Below, piece by piece: positions 47,499-57,803 of a stretch of DNA of 64,000 nucleotides (positions within the stretch are counted from its first letter, which is position 1; each line of letters begins with the position of its first letter). Source of the stretch: Nibricoccus sp. (GTDB taxonomy: Bacteria; Verrucomicrobiota; Verrucomicrobiia; Opitutales; Opitutaceae); NCBI GenBank assembly GCA_047602425.1, contig JASGHG010000001.1, forward strand, positions 2,240,001 to 2,304,000. Direction: 5' to 3'. The notes beneath the pieces are model-generated. The model was given only the letters and a program-made list of their open reading frames with translations, did no database searches and was not told the DNA's origin. Made by a program: the position numbers and the translations under genes.

Positions 47499-48090
47499 GG
47501 TGCGGGTGATGTGTGAATCCGGCCTGGAGCCCTCGGGCACGCATCCGAAACGAAGTCGATGGGTAGCAGGACCTGGATAACGTTCAAGAAGTTGTTCACT
47601 GTTGAAGGCGTCCGTCGTTGCGTTCCGACAAAATAAAAAGGCCCAATGGTTTCGGACACCTTGGAAAAGGTTAGCTTTTTGGGCGTAAAACAGATGTGGC
47701 GGCGAACGTTATAGTCTGAGCCGATTGTTCTCCGTTTTGACGCGCGAAACAATCGCGCTGCTCCCGTTGAGGCTCAAGCCCCTCAGGTCCGGCATAAATT
47801 GTTTCAGGCCGACTCGCAAATTTCTCGTGACTGGTTAATGCATGAGGAACCTTTCCACGACGGCGCGGTCAGGCGTGAGGCTCGGAAATAACAAAACGGG
47901 GGGATTAAAACATGCATTTATCGCACCGCCGCGGGCGAAGCGTGAGCTCCTTTCTTCAGGAGCGAGCGGCGCCGTTCTCCTCCGCCAATCATTTCGAACC
48001 CAAGGGAAATATTACCGATATCTAACGGTTTGGATTTTGCGATTTCCAACTTCTATTTCCGGCTCCCCCAACCCCAAAAATAACAACCCC

Positions 48091-50265
48091 ATGAAATCCT
48101 TGATTCATATGTTTTCGCTCGGTGGTCTGATGGCGAGTGCCGTCACGACTGCCTTTGCCGCTGTCACGGTGCAACAAAACCTCGGGCCGGGCGCCACCAG
48201 TTGGCCCGGTACGCCGCTTGTGAGTTCCATGACCACGCCGAACACGCAATCTACCGTTGGCGAAAGTTTTTCGGCCAGCCGCGCTTCGCTGGGTCAAACC
48301 TTCACGATCCCGACCGGCGGCAACTATAAGCTTGATACAATTTATCTTTATGCCGGCGACGGAAACGGTACCACCAGTACCGCCACGATCAGGGTTAATC
48401 TCTACGATCTCGGCGCGTTCAATGCCCCGAACCCAAACCCTTATTCATCGACCAACAATTTGCTTGGTGGTGGAAGTGGCGTGGCGATCTCTTATACTGT
48501 ACAAGCTGCGGGGCTCCTCCGCCTCGATTTTAGCGGCACAGATCAGGCTATCCTCGCCGCGGGACACATGTATGCTTTTGAACTCGCGGGCGCGAGTGGC
48601 ACGGCGCCGATGTACTGGTATCGCACGACGAGCGACACCTATGCCGGCGGCGCGGCTTATGTCGACCGAGGTTGGATCAACGGCACCAATGCCCGCGATT
48701 TTTCAATCGCGGTTTATGGCACCTACACGACCAGTCAGCCGGATCCTGCGCGCTGCACCATCAATGCCTCAGCACTAAAGCAACGCATCGACGGTTTTGG
48801 CGCGGGGGTGGTGTTTCTGTATGCCGGGCAGGATCCACTTTCTGACGCGCAGATGGATATTCTCTACGGTGCCTCTGGCACGCAGTTCGGTTTGACGTTG
48901 CTCCGTGTGCGCATTTCTCCAGACGGCAACGATTCGGCCAACATGACCGACGGCAAAAAAGCTCGCGCTCGTGGAGCGAGGATTATCGCGACGCCGTGGA
49001 CGCCTCCCGCGGCGCTGAAAGATAATAACAATACTATAAACGGTTCGCTGCTGCCCTCGCAGTACGCCGCTTACGTCGCACATCTGAACAAGTTTGCCGC
49101 TTACATGGCGAGCAACGGTGCGCCATTGTCAGTGATCTCGTTGCAAAACGAACCAGACCTGGCGCCTTCGTATGAATCTTGTTCGTGGACGGCAGACCAG
49201 TTTCACACTTTCTGCCGCGATTTTGCCGGATCGATCACCGTGCCGGTGATGATGCCGGAGTCGTTTAGTTTCAATCAGGCCGTTTCCGATCCTACGCTCA
49301 ACGACGCGGCATCGATCGCCAACGTCGACTATATCGGCGGGCACCTCTACGGCGCTGTGATCAAGGACTATCCGCTGGCTCGTGTTCTCAGTCTTCCCAT
49401 CTGGATGACGGAATATTTGGAAAACGACCAAACGATTGGTTCGGCCGTCACCACGGGGCGCCAGATCAGCGATTGTCTCACAATTGGCAACATGAGCGCT
49501 TACATTTGGTGGAAATGTATTGGCGATGCCAATGGGTTGTTGAACAACGCGGGCGAACCGCAGCGACGTGGATACATCATGGCGCAATTCAGTCGTTTCG
49601 TGCGACCGGGCGATTACCGCGTTGATGTGACAGGAAGCAATAGTCCCATGGGCATCACCGCGTTCAAAGATTCAGCGAGCGGACGCTTCGCAATCGTAGC
49701 GGTGAATAACACCACGCTGCCTGTCACGCAGACGTTTAACCTCCAAGGCGTGACGCTCTCATCGCTCACGCCGGTGGTGACTTCGGCCACCCAAACGCTC
49801 CAAGCACAGACCGCGGTGGCGGTAAGCGGAGGTGCATTTACCTACACGGTGCCCGCCACTTCGGTCGTCACGTTCACGAGCTCAAGTTCGAGCGGTGGCA
49901 GTAGCTCCAGCTCTTCGAGCAGTTCCTCGTCATCCAGCAGCAGCAGTTCGTCCTCTTCGTCATCGTCGAGCAGTAGCTCAAGTTCATCCAGCAGTTCGTC
50001 ATCGAGCAGTTCTTCGTCCAGCTCGGGTGGGGGAACGATCACGGTGACCGTGCCCTTCGTAAAAGACGGTGCGGGCGATTTCACCTATGTGACTTCGGGA
50101 CCGATCAACTACATTAACTCCTGGAATCTACAACTGCTCACGGTCAATGGCGTGACGCTGACTAACACTTGGAAATCGGGTAGCCAGCTTCCGCCTGCAG
50201 TGAACGGCAAATGGACGTTCCACTACATCGGCAACTACGCTTGGTCTCATTTGGAAATAAAATGA
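48091..50265 (+). CDS. Secreted GH30 xylanase-like enzyme: N-terminal unknown domain, GH30, Ser linker, CBM64-like module
   Basis: QRIDGFG, ATPWTPPA, LQNEPD, WMTEY and QFSRFVRPG; C-terminal PFVKDGAG..YINSWNL..NGVTLTNTW..HLEIK. ATG 48091 is preferred. Confidence 0.88.
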   Translation: MKSLIHMFSLGGLMASAVTTAFAAVTVQQNLGPGATSWPGTPLVSSMTTPNTQSTVGESFSASRASLGQTFTIPTGGNYKLDTIYLYAGDGNGTTSTATIRVNLYDLGAFNAPNPNPYSSTNNLLGGGSGVAISYTVQAAGLLRLDFSGTDQAILAAGHMYAFELAGASGTAPMYWYRTTSDTYAGGAAYVDRGWINGTNARDFSIAVYGTYTTSQPDPARCTINASALKQRIDGFGAGVVFLYAGQDPLSDAQMDILYGASGTQFGLTLLRVRISPDGNDSANMTDGKKARARGARIIATPWTPPAALKDNNNTINGSLLPSQYAAYVAHLNKFAAYMASNGAPLSVISLQNEPDLAPSYESCSWTADQFHTFCRDFAGSITVPVMMPESFSFNQAVSDPTLNDAASIANVDYIGGHLYGAVIKDYPLARVLSLPIWMTEYLENDQTIGSAVTTGRQISDCLTIGNMSAYIWWKCIGDANGLLNNAGEPQRRGYIMAQFSRFVRPGDYRVDVTGSNSPMGITAFKDSASGRFAIVAVNNTTLPVTQTFNLQGVTLSSLTPVVTSATQTLQAQTAVAVSGGAFTYTVPATSVVTFTSSSSSGGSSSSSSSSSSSSSSSSSSSSSSSSSSSSSSSSSSSSSSSSSSGGGTITVTVPFVKDGAGDFTYVTSGPINYINSWNLQLLTVNGVTLTNTWKSGSQLPPAVNGKWTFHYIGNYAWSHLEIK
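49879..50034 (+). repeat. Poly-serine linker coding tract
   Basis: Long Ser run encoded by mixed TCN/AGY codons. Confidence 0.9.
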
Positions 50266-50313
50266 CAGGCCAACTTTGAGCCTGCTGATTAGTTCGGCTG
50301 ACCCCATACGACC

Positions 50314-50348
50314 AAAAAATCAGGCCGGGAGTTTATCCCGGCCTTTTT
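50314..50348. terminator. Bidirectional Rho-independent terminator
   Basis: A run, AGGCCGGGA-GTTTA-TCCCGGCCT stem, T run, between convergent genes. Confidence 0.8.
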
Positions 50349-50377
50349 CATGGCAACTTCGCGTTCTTCAAGCTCGC

Positions 50378-51382
50378 TTAAGTCCGATGAATCTCGGGCT
50401 TGGGATCGCGTGACATGAGATCACGGACGGCTTTGCGCGGATCTTTGTCGGCATAGAGCGTGGCATATACCTCATCGATGATGGGCGTAGTCGCGTTGGC
50501 CCGACGCGCGAGTGCATAGGCTCCATTGGCAGTGGTTACGCCTTCGGCGACGACCATGCCCATTTCTTTTTGAATCTCGGCGAGTTTGCGACCCTTGCCG
50601 AGTTCTTCGCCGACGTGGCGATTGCGGCTGTGTTTGCTGGTGCAGGTGACAATGAGATCGCCGATCCCGCTGAGGCCGGAAAAAGTTTCGGGACGACCGC
50701 CGAGCGCTTCGCCCAAACGAGCCATCTCGACGATGCCGCGCGTCATGAGAGCGGCCTTGGTGTTGTCGCCCATGCCCATGCCATCGAGGATGCCGGCAGC
50801 GAGGGCGAGGACGTTTTTCAACGCGCCTCCGAGTTCAGCACCAACGATATCGTCCGAGGTGTAGATGCGCAGGTATTCGTTCATGAAGGCCTGCTGAACG
50901 GCGATCGCAGCTTGTGGGTCGCGGGAGGCCGTCATCACGGCGGTGGGCACGCGGCGAGCCACCTCCTCGGCATGGCTCGGGCCGGTCAGGATGGCGTAGC
51001 GAACGTCACCGAGGATCTCGGTCACGAGCTCACTCATGCGTTTGCACGAACCAGTTTCTATGCCTTTAGCGACATTGACGTAGATGAGATTGGCGGGACG
51101 GGGCACGGCGGCGAGTTTCCCGAGCAGGCCTCGCATGTACTGGCTGGGCGCGGCGAGTACGACAATGTCGGCCTGGGCGCAGGCGCGGGCGAGGTCGGGC
51201 TCGAAACGCAGCGCAACGGGAAGCTCGACGCCTTTGAGAAACTTCTCGTTGCGACGCGTACGGGCCATTTCTGCGAGGTAGTCGGGGAACGGGCCCCAGA
51301 GGGTAACCGCATGCTTGTTCTCACACAGAACCATGGCGAGGGCTGTGCCCCAACCGCCGTCGCTCAATACGCTGATGTTCAT
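50378..51382 (-). CDS. gpsA: NAD(P)H-dependent glycerol-3-phosphate dehydrogenase
   Basis: GGWGTALA, KGIE, GPSHAEEV, GGALKNV, GDNTKAALMTRG and GDLIVTCTSKHSRN. Confidence 0.96.
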   Translation of the reverse strand: MNISVLSDGGWGTALAMVLCENKHAVTLWGPFPDYLAEMARTRRNEKFLKGVELPVALRFEPDLARACAQADIVVLAAPSQYMRGLLGKLAAVPRPANLIYVNVAKGIETGSCKRMSELVTEILGDVRYAILTGPSHAEEVARRVPTAVMTASRDPQAAIAVQQAFMNEYLRIYTSDDIVGAELGGALKNVLALAAGILDGMGMGDNTKAALMTRGIVEMARLGEALGGRPETFSGLSGIGDLIVTCTSKHSRNRHVGEELGKGRKLAEIQKEMGMVVAEGVTTANGAYALARRANATTPIIDEVYATLYADKDPRKAVRDLMSRDPKPEIHRT

Positions 51383-51497
51383 TTGAAAAATAGGAATAAG
51401 AAGTGGATCGGCCTGTGCTTGCGACCCGGGTGAAGAGTCTGTGGCGCCTTGAAATCTGCCGTGAGGCGCCCGGCCGCTTCAATGGCAAATTTTACCG

Positions 51498-51869
51498 TTA
51501 ATGGCCGCCCGGCGCACCGGGTTTGAAGGCGGTGGCAAAATACACTGCGAGCAGGATGAAGAGAAAGCTCACGGCGTAGTTCCAAGTGAGACGTTCTTTA
51601 AGCACGATCCACGCGAAAACGACAAACACACCGAGCGTGATGACCTCCTGAATAATTTTCAGCTGATAACCGGTGAAACTGCCGCTCATGTAGCCAAGGC
51701 GGTTGGCCGGAACCATCAGACAGTACTCAAAGAACGCGATGCCCCACGAAACGAGGATGACCGCGAGCATGGTTTTGCCTTCAAGAAATTTGAATTTCAG
51801 ATGCCCATACCAGGCGAGCGTCATGAAAATATTGGAGCAGACGAGCAGGAGAATCGTTTTCATCCGCAT
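51498..51869 (-). CDS. Small DMT-superfamily membrane protein (DUF486-like)
   Basis: SNIFMTLAWYGHLK, SWGIAFFEYCLMVPANRLG and QLKIIQEVITL. Confidence 0.88.
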   Translation of the reverse strand: MRMKTILLLVCSNIFMTLAWYGHLKFKFLEGKTMLAVILVSWGIAFFEYCLMVPANRLGYMSGSFTGYQLKIIQEVITLGVFVVFAWIVLKERLTWNYAVSFLFILLAVYFATAFKPGAPGGH

Positions 51870-52225
51870 TTACAGAGGCGAAACCGACGGGTTTTGAGCA
51901 AACAAATTATTTTACCGACGTTGGAGAAGAGCATATTGCGAGAAAATCGCGATTTTTTGGACAACTTTGTAAAAGCGCGCCGGTGCGTTGCGTTTCGTGC
52001 CTGCGGGAGAAACAGGTTGATTTTCCCTGCGAGAATTCATTTGGTCGCGGCTTCGCCGGCTTACCCCTTTTTCGGCTGGCGGACCGCTTTCTTACCCTCC
52101 TATTACCCACGCTAACGAATATACCATTCGTTTCACACCCCAAAAACGAACCATAAAATACCGGCAAGAATGCCGGCTCTTTTGCCGCATCCGCGGCGAA
52201 TAAAACAACACAACAAATACCCCAC

Positions 52226-53314
52226 ATGTATACCACCCAGACACCCACCCAGCATCGTTGGCTGAAGACGATTTCCGTTTTCGCCGCCGGAGCCTTGTTC
52301 AGCGTGGCCCACGCGGCCAACTACACTGTCAGTACACCTGCCACCATCAAGTCGCAGATCCAGGCCGCCGTCAGCGGCGACGTGATCACGATTCAATCCG
52401 GCACCTACAACATGTCAGGCCTGGCGCCGATCAATCTTACGGCAAACGGCGTTACCGTTGTCGGCAGCAGTGTCACGCTCGATTTCAAAGCCACCGCCAC
52501 GACCGACGTCCGCGGCATCCAGATCATCGGCGACAACAACTACATCCGAGGTCTAACCATCAACAACGCGCCCGACAACGGTATTCACATTTCGGGCGAC
52601 GGCAACACGGTCGAGCGCTGCACCTTCAACACCTGCTTCGACACCGGTCTGGAGATCTCCAAGGGCACGGGCGGCACCGCCCCGGCCAATAACAAGGTCA
52701 TCAATTGCGACTCGTACAACAATTACGACTCGAAAAAGGCCGGCAGCATGGCCGACGGCTTCGCGGCCAAAACCGGTATTGGCTCTGGCAACTCGTTCAA
52801 GGGCTGCCGCGCGACTGGCAATTCCGACGACGCTTTTGATTTCTTCGCCGGCGACGGTACGGCCGCGGCTGCCGTCACCGTCTCCTATTGCATCGCCGCC
52901 ACCAGCGGCAAGGACACCGGCAATGGCAACGGCTTCAAGCTCGGCAGTGCCTATACCACCACTTCCAACTCGGCCCACAAAATCGATCACTGCATCGCCT
53001 ACAAAAACCTCAAGAAGGGCTTCGACCAAAACCATAATAAATCGCCAGTCACGATGTCGTACTGCACCGGCGCGAGCAATGGCTCGTACAACTTCGCCTT
53101 CGGCGAATTCACCAACGGCGGCACCTTCACGAAGAACGTATCGACCGGCACATGGGATGTGAAAGGCACGCAGAGCGGCAACCTCACCAGCGTGAGCACC
53201 AGCGCCTTCACCAGCACGAGCCTCAGCGCGGTGACGCGCGACGGCAGTGGCAATCTTCTCTTCAACAACTTCATGAAGTACGCCAACTCCGGCGGCGCGG
53301 GTGCAAACCCGTAA
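52226..53314 (+). CDS. Secreted PL9 pectate lyase (PelL-like)
   Basis: NCDSYNNYD, ADGFAAK, GNSFKGCRATGNSDD and GNGNGFKLG. Confidence 0.88.
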   Translation: MYTTQTPTQHRWLKTISVFAAGALFSVAHAANYTVSTPATIKSQIQAAVSGDVITIQSGTYNMSGLAPINLTANGVTVVGSSVTLDFKATATTDVRGIQIIGDNNYIRGLTINNAPDNGIHISGDGNTVERCTFNTCFDTGLEISKGTGGTAPANNKVINCDSYNNYDSKKAGSMADGFAAKTGIGSGNSFKGCRATGNSDDAFDFFAGDGTAAAAVTVSYCIAATSGKDTGNGNGFKLGSAYTTTSNSAHKIDHCIAYKNLKKGFDQNHNKSPVTMSYCTGASNGSYNFAFGEFTNGGTFTKNVSTGTWDVKGTQSGNLTSVSTSAFTSTSLSAVTRDGSGNLLFNNFMKYANSGGAGANP

Positions 53315-53335
53315 AACCAACCTGACAAAAGCTCC

Positions 53336-53370
53336 ACGGCCTGCCGTCGCGCCTGACGGCGGGCCGTTTC
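53336..53370 (+). terminator. Hairpin after the PL9 gene (possible terminator)
   Basis: ACGGCCTGCCGTC-GCGCCT-GACGGCGGGCCGT with a short T tail. Confidence 0.55.
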
Positions 53371-53379
53371 CCCGATCTT

Positions 53380-54063
53380 GTGAACGCAACCAAAAAGAAC
53401 CTGCTCTACGTCGCCGGCCTGATCGTAAGTTTTGGCCTTGGCGTGTGGTTTGCGAAGGAAGGATTAGGCGCGCGTGTTGTGTTAGCCCAGCCGGTCGAGG
53501 TTGCGGCAAAACCTGTTTCTTCCGTCGAACCATCCGCGCCGGCGCCGGCGGTGGCGGTGTTGCCTGCGGAATCTCCAACAGAAACGGCGCGCATCTACGC
53601 GCTTGTCGCCACCGACCTGCGCGCTGCGATGGCGGAAGCGCTGAAGCTGCCCGATGCCACGCGGCTGGTAACTCTGCAAAACCTCATGGCCATCTGGTTG
53701 CGGACGGATCGGCTCTCAGCTGCCGAGTGGATGACGGAGCGGCGGGGCCTTCGCGAATTTGAACCGCTTTCGGCGCAGGTTTCGGACGCATTTTTCCCCG
53801 ACGACACGGAGATGAGCGCAATGTTTTCTTTCGATCTGACCGATGAGAAATTGCGCGACGTACGCGTCAATAAACTCGTCGCCTATTGGAAAAGCGGCGC
53901 TCACCTGAAATTCGACAATTCACCTTGGGAAGTCGACGGCCCGGGCATGAATGCATCAAAACCGATTTCCGCGCCCGTCGCAGCCGTCGAAATCGAAAAG
54001 CCCGTTTCCAACACCGAAATTCCGGACGAATCGGCCGAGGGCGAAACCAAAGACAAGGGATAA
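53380..54063 (+). CDS. Hypothetical membrane-anchored protein
   Basis: N-terminal TM, Pro/Ala linker and helical domain. Confidence 0.65.
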   Translation: MNATKKNLLYVAGLIVSFGLGVWFAKEGLGARVVLAQPVEVAAKPVSSVEPSAPAPAVAVLPAESPTETARIYALVATDLRAAMAEALKLPDATRLVTLQNLMAIWLRTDRLSAAEWMTERRGLREFEPLSAQVSDAFFPDDTEMSAMFSFDLTDEKLRDVRVNKLVAYWKSGAHLKFDNSPWEVDGPGMNASKPISAPVAAVEIEKPVSNTEIPDESAEGETKDKG

Positions 54064-54099
54064 CCTTCGCCGAAATTTTTTCGCACGACGAGCGAGAGT

Positions 54100-56601
54100 T
54101 CAGCAGTTCGGAACGTCAAGGCGTGACCTTTGCCGGCAACCGCGGATTAGCCGAAAAAGAGCGGTTGCGCTCAGCGTCATGAGCAGCCACGGACTAGAAG
54201 CGCCGCCACCGCCGGACGACGGCTTGTTGTTATCCGTAGGATTTGGACTCGGGGTCGGCGCGGGCTCCTCTTTCAGCACGACGAGGCCGGCTTGGAGAAC
54301 GCCGTTGCGGTAGGCAGTCGGTCCGGAGACGAGCAGCCGGCCGTCCTGTAAAACGGACACTGAAGTAACGGCATCTGTTGTGATGTCGGGTGCGGCGAAT
54401 CCGGTATCGAACGTTCCGTCGGAGTTGAGTCGGGCGAGGGAGTTTCGAGCGGCTGTGTTGACGGAGCGAAAATGTCCGCCGACTACGATTTTTCCGTCGG
54501 GCTGCAACGCGACGGAGGTGATGATGTTGTCGAAAAGCGCGCTCGTGGAGAACGTGGGATCGGCGCTGCCATCGGCATTGAGGCGTGCGAGCGTGAGTTG
54601 GTCGGAGTAGTTAACCGAACGGCCCCCTAGAACCAAGCGTCCGTCGGGCTGGATGGCGATCGCGTTGACAAGCCGATTGGCTTCGATGCCGGCGCTGAAA
54701 GTGCTGTCGACACTGCCGCTTGGATTCAGGCGCAGGAGGCTCGGCGACGACGGACTGGAGGAAGATACAAAGGCGCCACCTACGAATATTTTTCCATCGG
54801 CCTTGAGGGCAAGGGCGTCGACCCACGAAAGAAATCCGTTTGATTGGATCGCGGTTAAGGCGGTGAAAGATCCGTCCAAACTGCCGTCGGTTTGGAGGCG
54901 AGAGAGGAAGGCGCCCCGGGGAGGCTGGGGACCTATGATCACGACACTACCACCGCCGGAAGAGGAAGATGGAATCTCGCCACCGGCGAGAATTTTTCCG
55001 TCGGACTGCTGTGCGAGCGCATAGACATTTCCCCGCGAGACGTTCGAGGTGGAAAAGCGGGTGTCGAGTGCGCCATTGGGAAGGAGCCGGATGACGTTGT
55101 CGCATTCGGTGCCATTGTAACTCCAGATGAATCCACCCACCACCCAGCCGCCATCAGCTTGGGGAAGAGCGGCGTAAACGCAGCCGAACCCGTCGAGTCC
55201 GGTGCCGGAATCGAACCCAGTGTCGACGCTGCCGTTGGCATTCAACACCGCCACTCCATCGCGTGCAATGCCATTGACGAAGTTGAAATCTCCACCGACG
55301 AACCATTTTCCACCGGCCATCGGGTATGCGGTTTGCACCTTGGCTGGAACCAACGGGCTGCCGGAAGGAGTTTGCTCGAACGAACCATCAGCCAGAAGTC
55401 GGACGACGCCGTTGGCTGAAATACCATTGTACAACGTAAAACCTCCAACGGCGACGATCTTGCCATCAGTCAGCACCGTCGCGGCTGCCGTGCTTGCTCG
55501 GTGTTGCAGCCCGGTGCCGGTATGAAACGTTGTATCGATGCTGCCGTCGGCATTCAGACGGACGATTTCATTGTTCAAAATGCCGTTGTACGTTGTGAAG
55601 CCACCTGCGGCGACGATTTTGCCATCAGCTTGGAGCGCGATCCGGTAGACTTCGCCGTTGAAGCCGGTGCCGGGATTGAAGGTTGTATCCAGGCTGCCGT
55701 TCGAGTGAAGGCGCGCGATACAATTGACGGCAGCGCCGTTGAACGTGCTAAACCAGCCCGCAGCGACAATCCGACCGTCGGGCTGAAGGGCGAGCGAACT
55801 CACACGCCAGTCAAAGCCAAGACCCGTACTGAAACTGATGTCGCGGCTGCCATCGCTATTGAGACGTGCGATGCATTTCTGTTCGGTGCCGTTGACGGAA
55901 TAGAAAGAGCCGCCGACCAAAATCCGACCGTCGGGTTGCACGACAATGGAGTAGACGTTGGAATTGAATCCTGAGCCGGGATTGAACGTCGAGTCGCGGC
56001 TGCCGTCGCTATTCAACCGAACGATGTGGCCGCACGGCGTCTGGTTGAAGGAGGTGAACAGGCCGCCGACGAGGATTTTTCCATCGGCCTGAATGGCCAG
56101 CGTGGTGACTCGTTCCCAAAATCCTCCCGCCGGATTGAAGGTCTGGTCGAGGCTGCCATCGGCGTTCAGGCGGACGATACCGGAGCGAGCGACGCCGTCG
56201 AAATAGGAGAAATCGCCAGCGGCCACCACGCGGCCATCGTTTTGCACCGCGAGCGCGGACACGGTGGGACCGCTGCCGTTCAAGAAGTCCTTGTAGCCGC
56301 TGAAGCCGCCGCCCGGATTGAAGTTACGGTCGCTGCTACCATCGGCGTTGAACTTTGCGAGCGAGCGATGATGTTGGCCGCCGATGCTGGAGAAATAGCC
56401 GCCGACATAAAATCCGCCATCGGCTCTATTCGCAACGGCATTGACCGACCAGTAATCGGTTTTCTCCAGCCTAACGGCAAAACTCGGATCGAGGCGATAG
56501 TCGGCCGCCGCCATCGTCGCGGAAAAAGTTCCGATTAGGGACAGGCAGGCCCATAGGCGTGGCAATGCTCTGTGCAAAATGCGTTCGAAAACAAGGTGCA
56601 T
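54100..56601 (-). CDS. Delta-60-repeat surface protein with a GlyGly-CTERM-like C-terminus
   Basis: Many QPDGKIxVGG / RLNxDGSxDxxF repeats; C-terminal SSGGGGASSPWLLMTLSATALFRLIR. Start uncertain (56601 or upstream). Confidence 0.88.
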   Translation of the reverse strand: MHLVFERILHRALPRLWACLSLIGTFSATMAAADYRLDPSFAVRLEKTDYWSVNAVANRADGGFYVGGYFSSIGGQHHRSLAKFNADGSSDRNFNPGGGFSGYKDFLNGSGPTVSALAVQNDGRVVAAGDFSYFDGVARSGIVRLNADGSLDQTFNPAGGFWERVTTLAIQADGKILVGGLFTSFNQTPCGHIVRLNSDGSRDSTFNPGSGFNSNVYSIVVQPDGRILVGGSFYSVNGTEQKCIARLNSDGSRDISFSTGLGFDWRVSSLALQPDGRIVAAGWFSTFNGAAVNCIARLHSNGSLDTTFNPGTGFNGEVYRIALQADGKIVAAGGFTTYNGILNNEIVRLNADGSIDTTFHTGTGLQHRASTAAATVLTDGKIVAVGGFTLYNGISANGVVRLLADGSFEQTPSGSPLVPAKVQTAYPMAGGKWFVGGDFNFVNGIARDGVAVLNANGSVDTGFDSGTGLDGFGCVYAALPQADGGWVVGGFIWSYNGTECDNVIRLLPNGALDTRFSTSNVSRGNVYALAQQSDGKILAGGEIPSSSSGGGSVVIIGPQPPRGAFLSRLQTDGSLDGSFTALTAIQSNGFLSWVDALALKADGKIFVGGAFVSSSSPSSPSLLRLNPSGSVDSTFSAGIEANRLVNAIAIQPDGRLVLGGRSVNYSDQLTLARLNADGSADPTFSTSALFDNIITSVALQPDGKIVVGGHFRSVNTAARNSLARLNSDGTFDTGFAAPDITTDAVTSVSVLQDGRLLVSGPTAYRNGVLQAGLVVLKEEPAPTPSPNPTDNNKPSSGGGGASSPWLLMTLSATALFRLIRGCRQRSRLDVPNC

Positions 56602-56708
56602 GGCGCGTCGAATTGGCTGGATGGAAGACGATCGATTCCCGCAGGGGAACCAAATCCCTACCACCAACTGCCGTCGAGGGGAAGGCTTTTGTGACCGCCG
56701 TGGAAGGC

Positions 56709-57707
56709 TCAGATCTTGTAATACGCCTTAAACCATTCAACGAAGGCGGCCAGTCCGTCGTCGAGCGACGTGCGCGGTTCGTAACCGACTGCAGCCTTAA
56801 CCCGGTCGATGCTCGCACAGGTCTCCGGGAGATCGCCCGGCTGGGCGGGAAGCAACTCGACTTGCGCGATGCGCCCGAGGAGTTTTTCGAGCATCGAAAC
56901 GAAAAGCCGCATTTCAACGGGACGATGGTGACCAAGGTTGAAGACTTGATAAGGTGGAACGACTGGTTCGGTTGGCCCTTCGACTTTGCTCAGGGCAGGC
57001 GGATAAAGCAGGACCTTCAGGATGCCATCGACAATGTCGTTGATATAAGTGAAGTCTCGATGGGATTTGCCTTCGTTGAAAAGTTTAAGCGGTTTTCCCT
57101 CGCAAATGGCTTTTGCAAAGAGGATCGGCGACATGTCGGGCCGCCCCCAAGGACCATACACGGTGAAGAAGCGCAGGCCGGTGATGCGCAGCTTGTGCAG
57201 GTGCGCGTAGCTGTAGGCCATGAGCTCATTGCTCTTTTTCGTCGCACCGTAGAACGAGATTGGCTGGTCGGTGATTTGGTCTTCAGAGAAGGGAAGTTTT
57301 GCGCCTGCGCCATAGATGCTGCTCGACGACGCGAAAACGAGATGCTTGGGCGGACGCGAGCGGCAGGCCTCCAAGACATTGAGAAAACCGGTGATATTGC
57401 TCTGTACGTAGGCCGCTGGATTGTCGGAGCTATAGCGAACGCCAGCCTGGGCACCGAGATGAACGACGTAGTCGGGTTTGAAATGCGAATAAATCCCACC
57501 GAACGCGGCGGCGTCGCTAAAATCGCTCTGGACGAAACGGAACTCCTCGAATTTTTCCAGTTCGGCCAGGCGCGCACGCTTAAGATCGACCGAGTAATAG
57601 TCGTTCAAGTTGTCGACACCGAGCACTTCACAGCGCTTGGTTTCGGCGAGGCGGCGGGAGACGTGGTAACCGATGAAACCGGCGGCGCCGGTCACGAGGA
57701 CTTTCAT
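56709..57707 (-). CDS. NAD-dependent epimerase (UDP-glucuronate 4-epimerase type)
   Basis: VTGAAGFIG, DNLNDYY, AQAGVRYS, YGATKK and RFFTVYGPWGRPDM. Confidence 0.93.
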   Translation of the reverse strand: MKVLVTGAAGFIGYHVSRRLAETKRCEVLGVDNLNDYYSVDLKRARLAELEKFEEFRFVQSDFSDAAAFGGIYSHFKPDYVVHLGAQAGVRYSSDNPAAYVQSNITGFLNVLEACRSRPPKHLVFASSSSIYGAGAKLPFSEDQITDQPISFYGATKKSNELMAYSYAHLHKLRITGLRFFTVYGPWGRPDMSPILFAKAICEGKPLKLFNEGKSHRDFTYINDIVDGILKVLLYPPALSKVEGPTEPVVPPYQVFNLGHHRPVEMRLFVSMLEKLLGRIAQVELLPAQPGDLPETCASIDRVKAAVGYEPRTSLDDGLAAFVEWFKAYYKI

Positions 57708-57803
57708 GGGCGGTCGATTTAGAAGAGAAGACGCGCGTCCGGCTAGCCTGAAGATTGCGCCCCTTCAAGACGCAGAGCCCTAGTTGGAAGACGTAAAAAA
57801 GCC

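Noticed and set aside
49842..50084. Acidic D/E/L-rich ORF
   Set aside because: It is the antisense reading of the poly-Ser linker.
54300..56400. Repeats in the delta-60 gene as a DGR or phase-variation cassette
   Set aside because: Repeats are protein-level and diverged; there is no reverse transcriptase, recombinase or near-identical template/variable pair.
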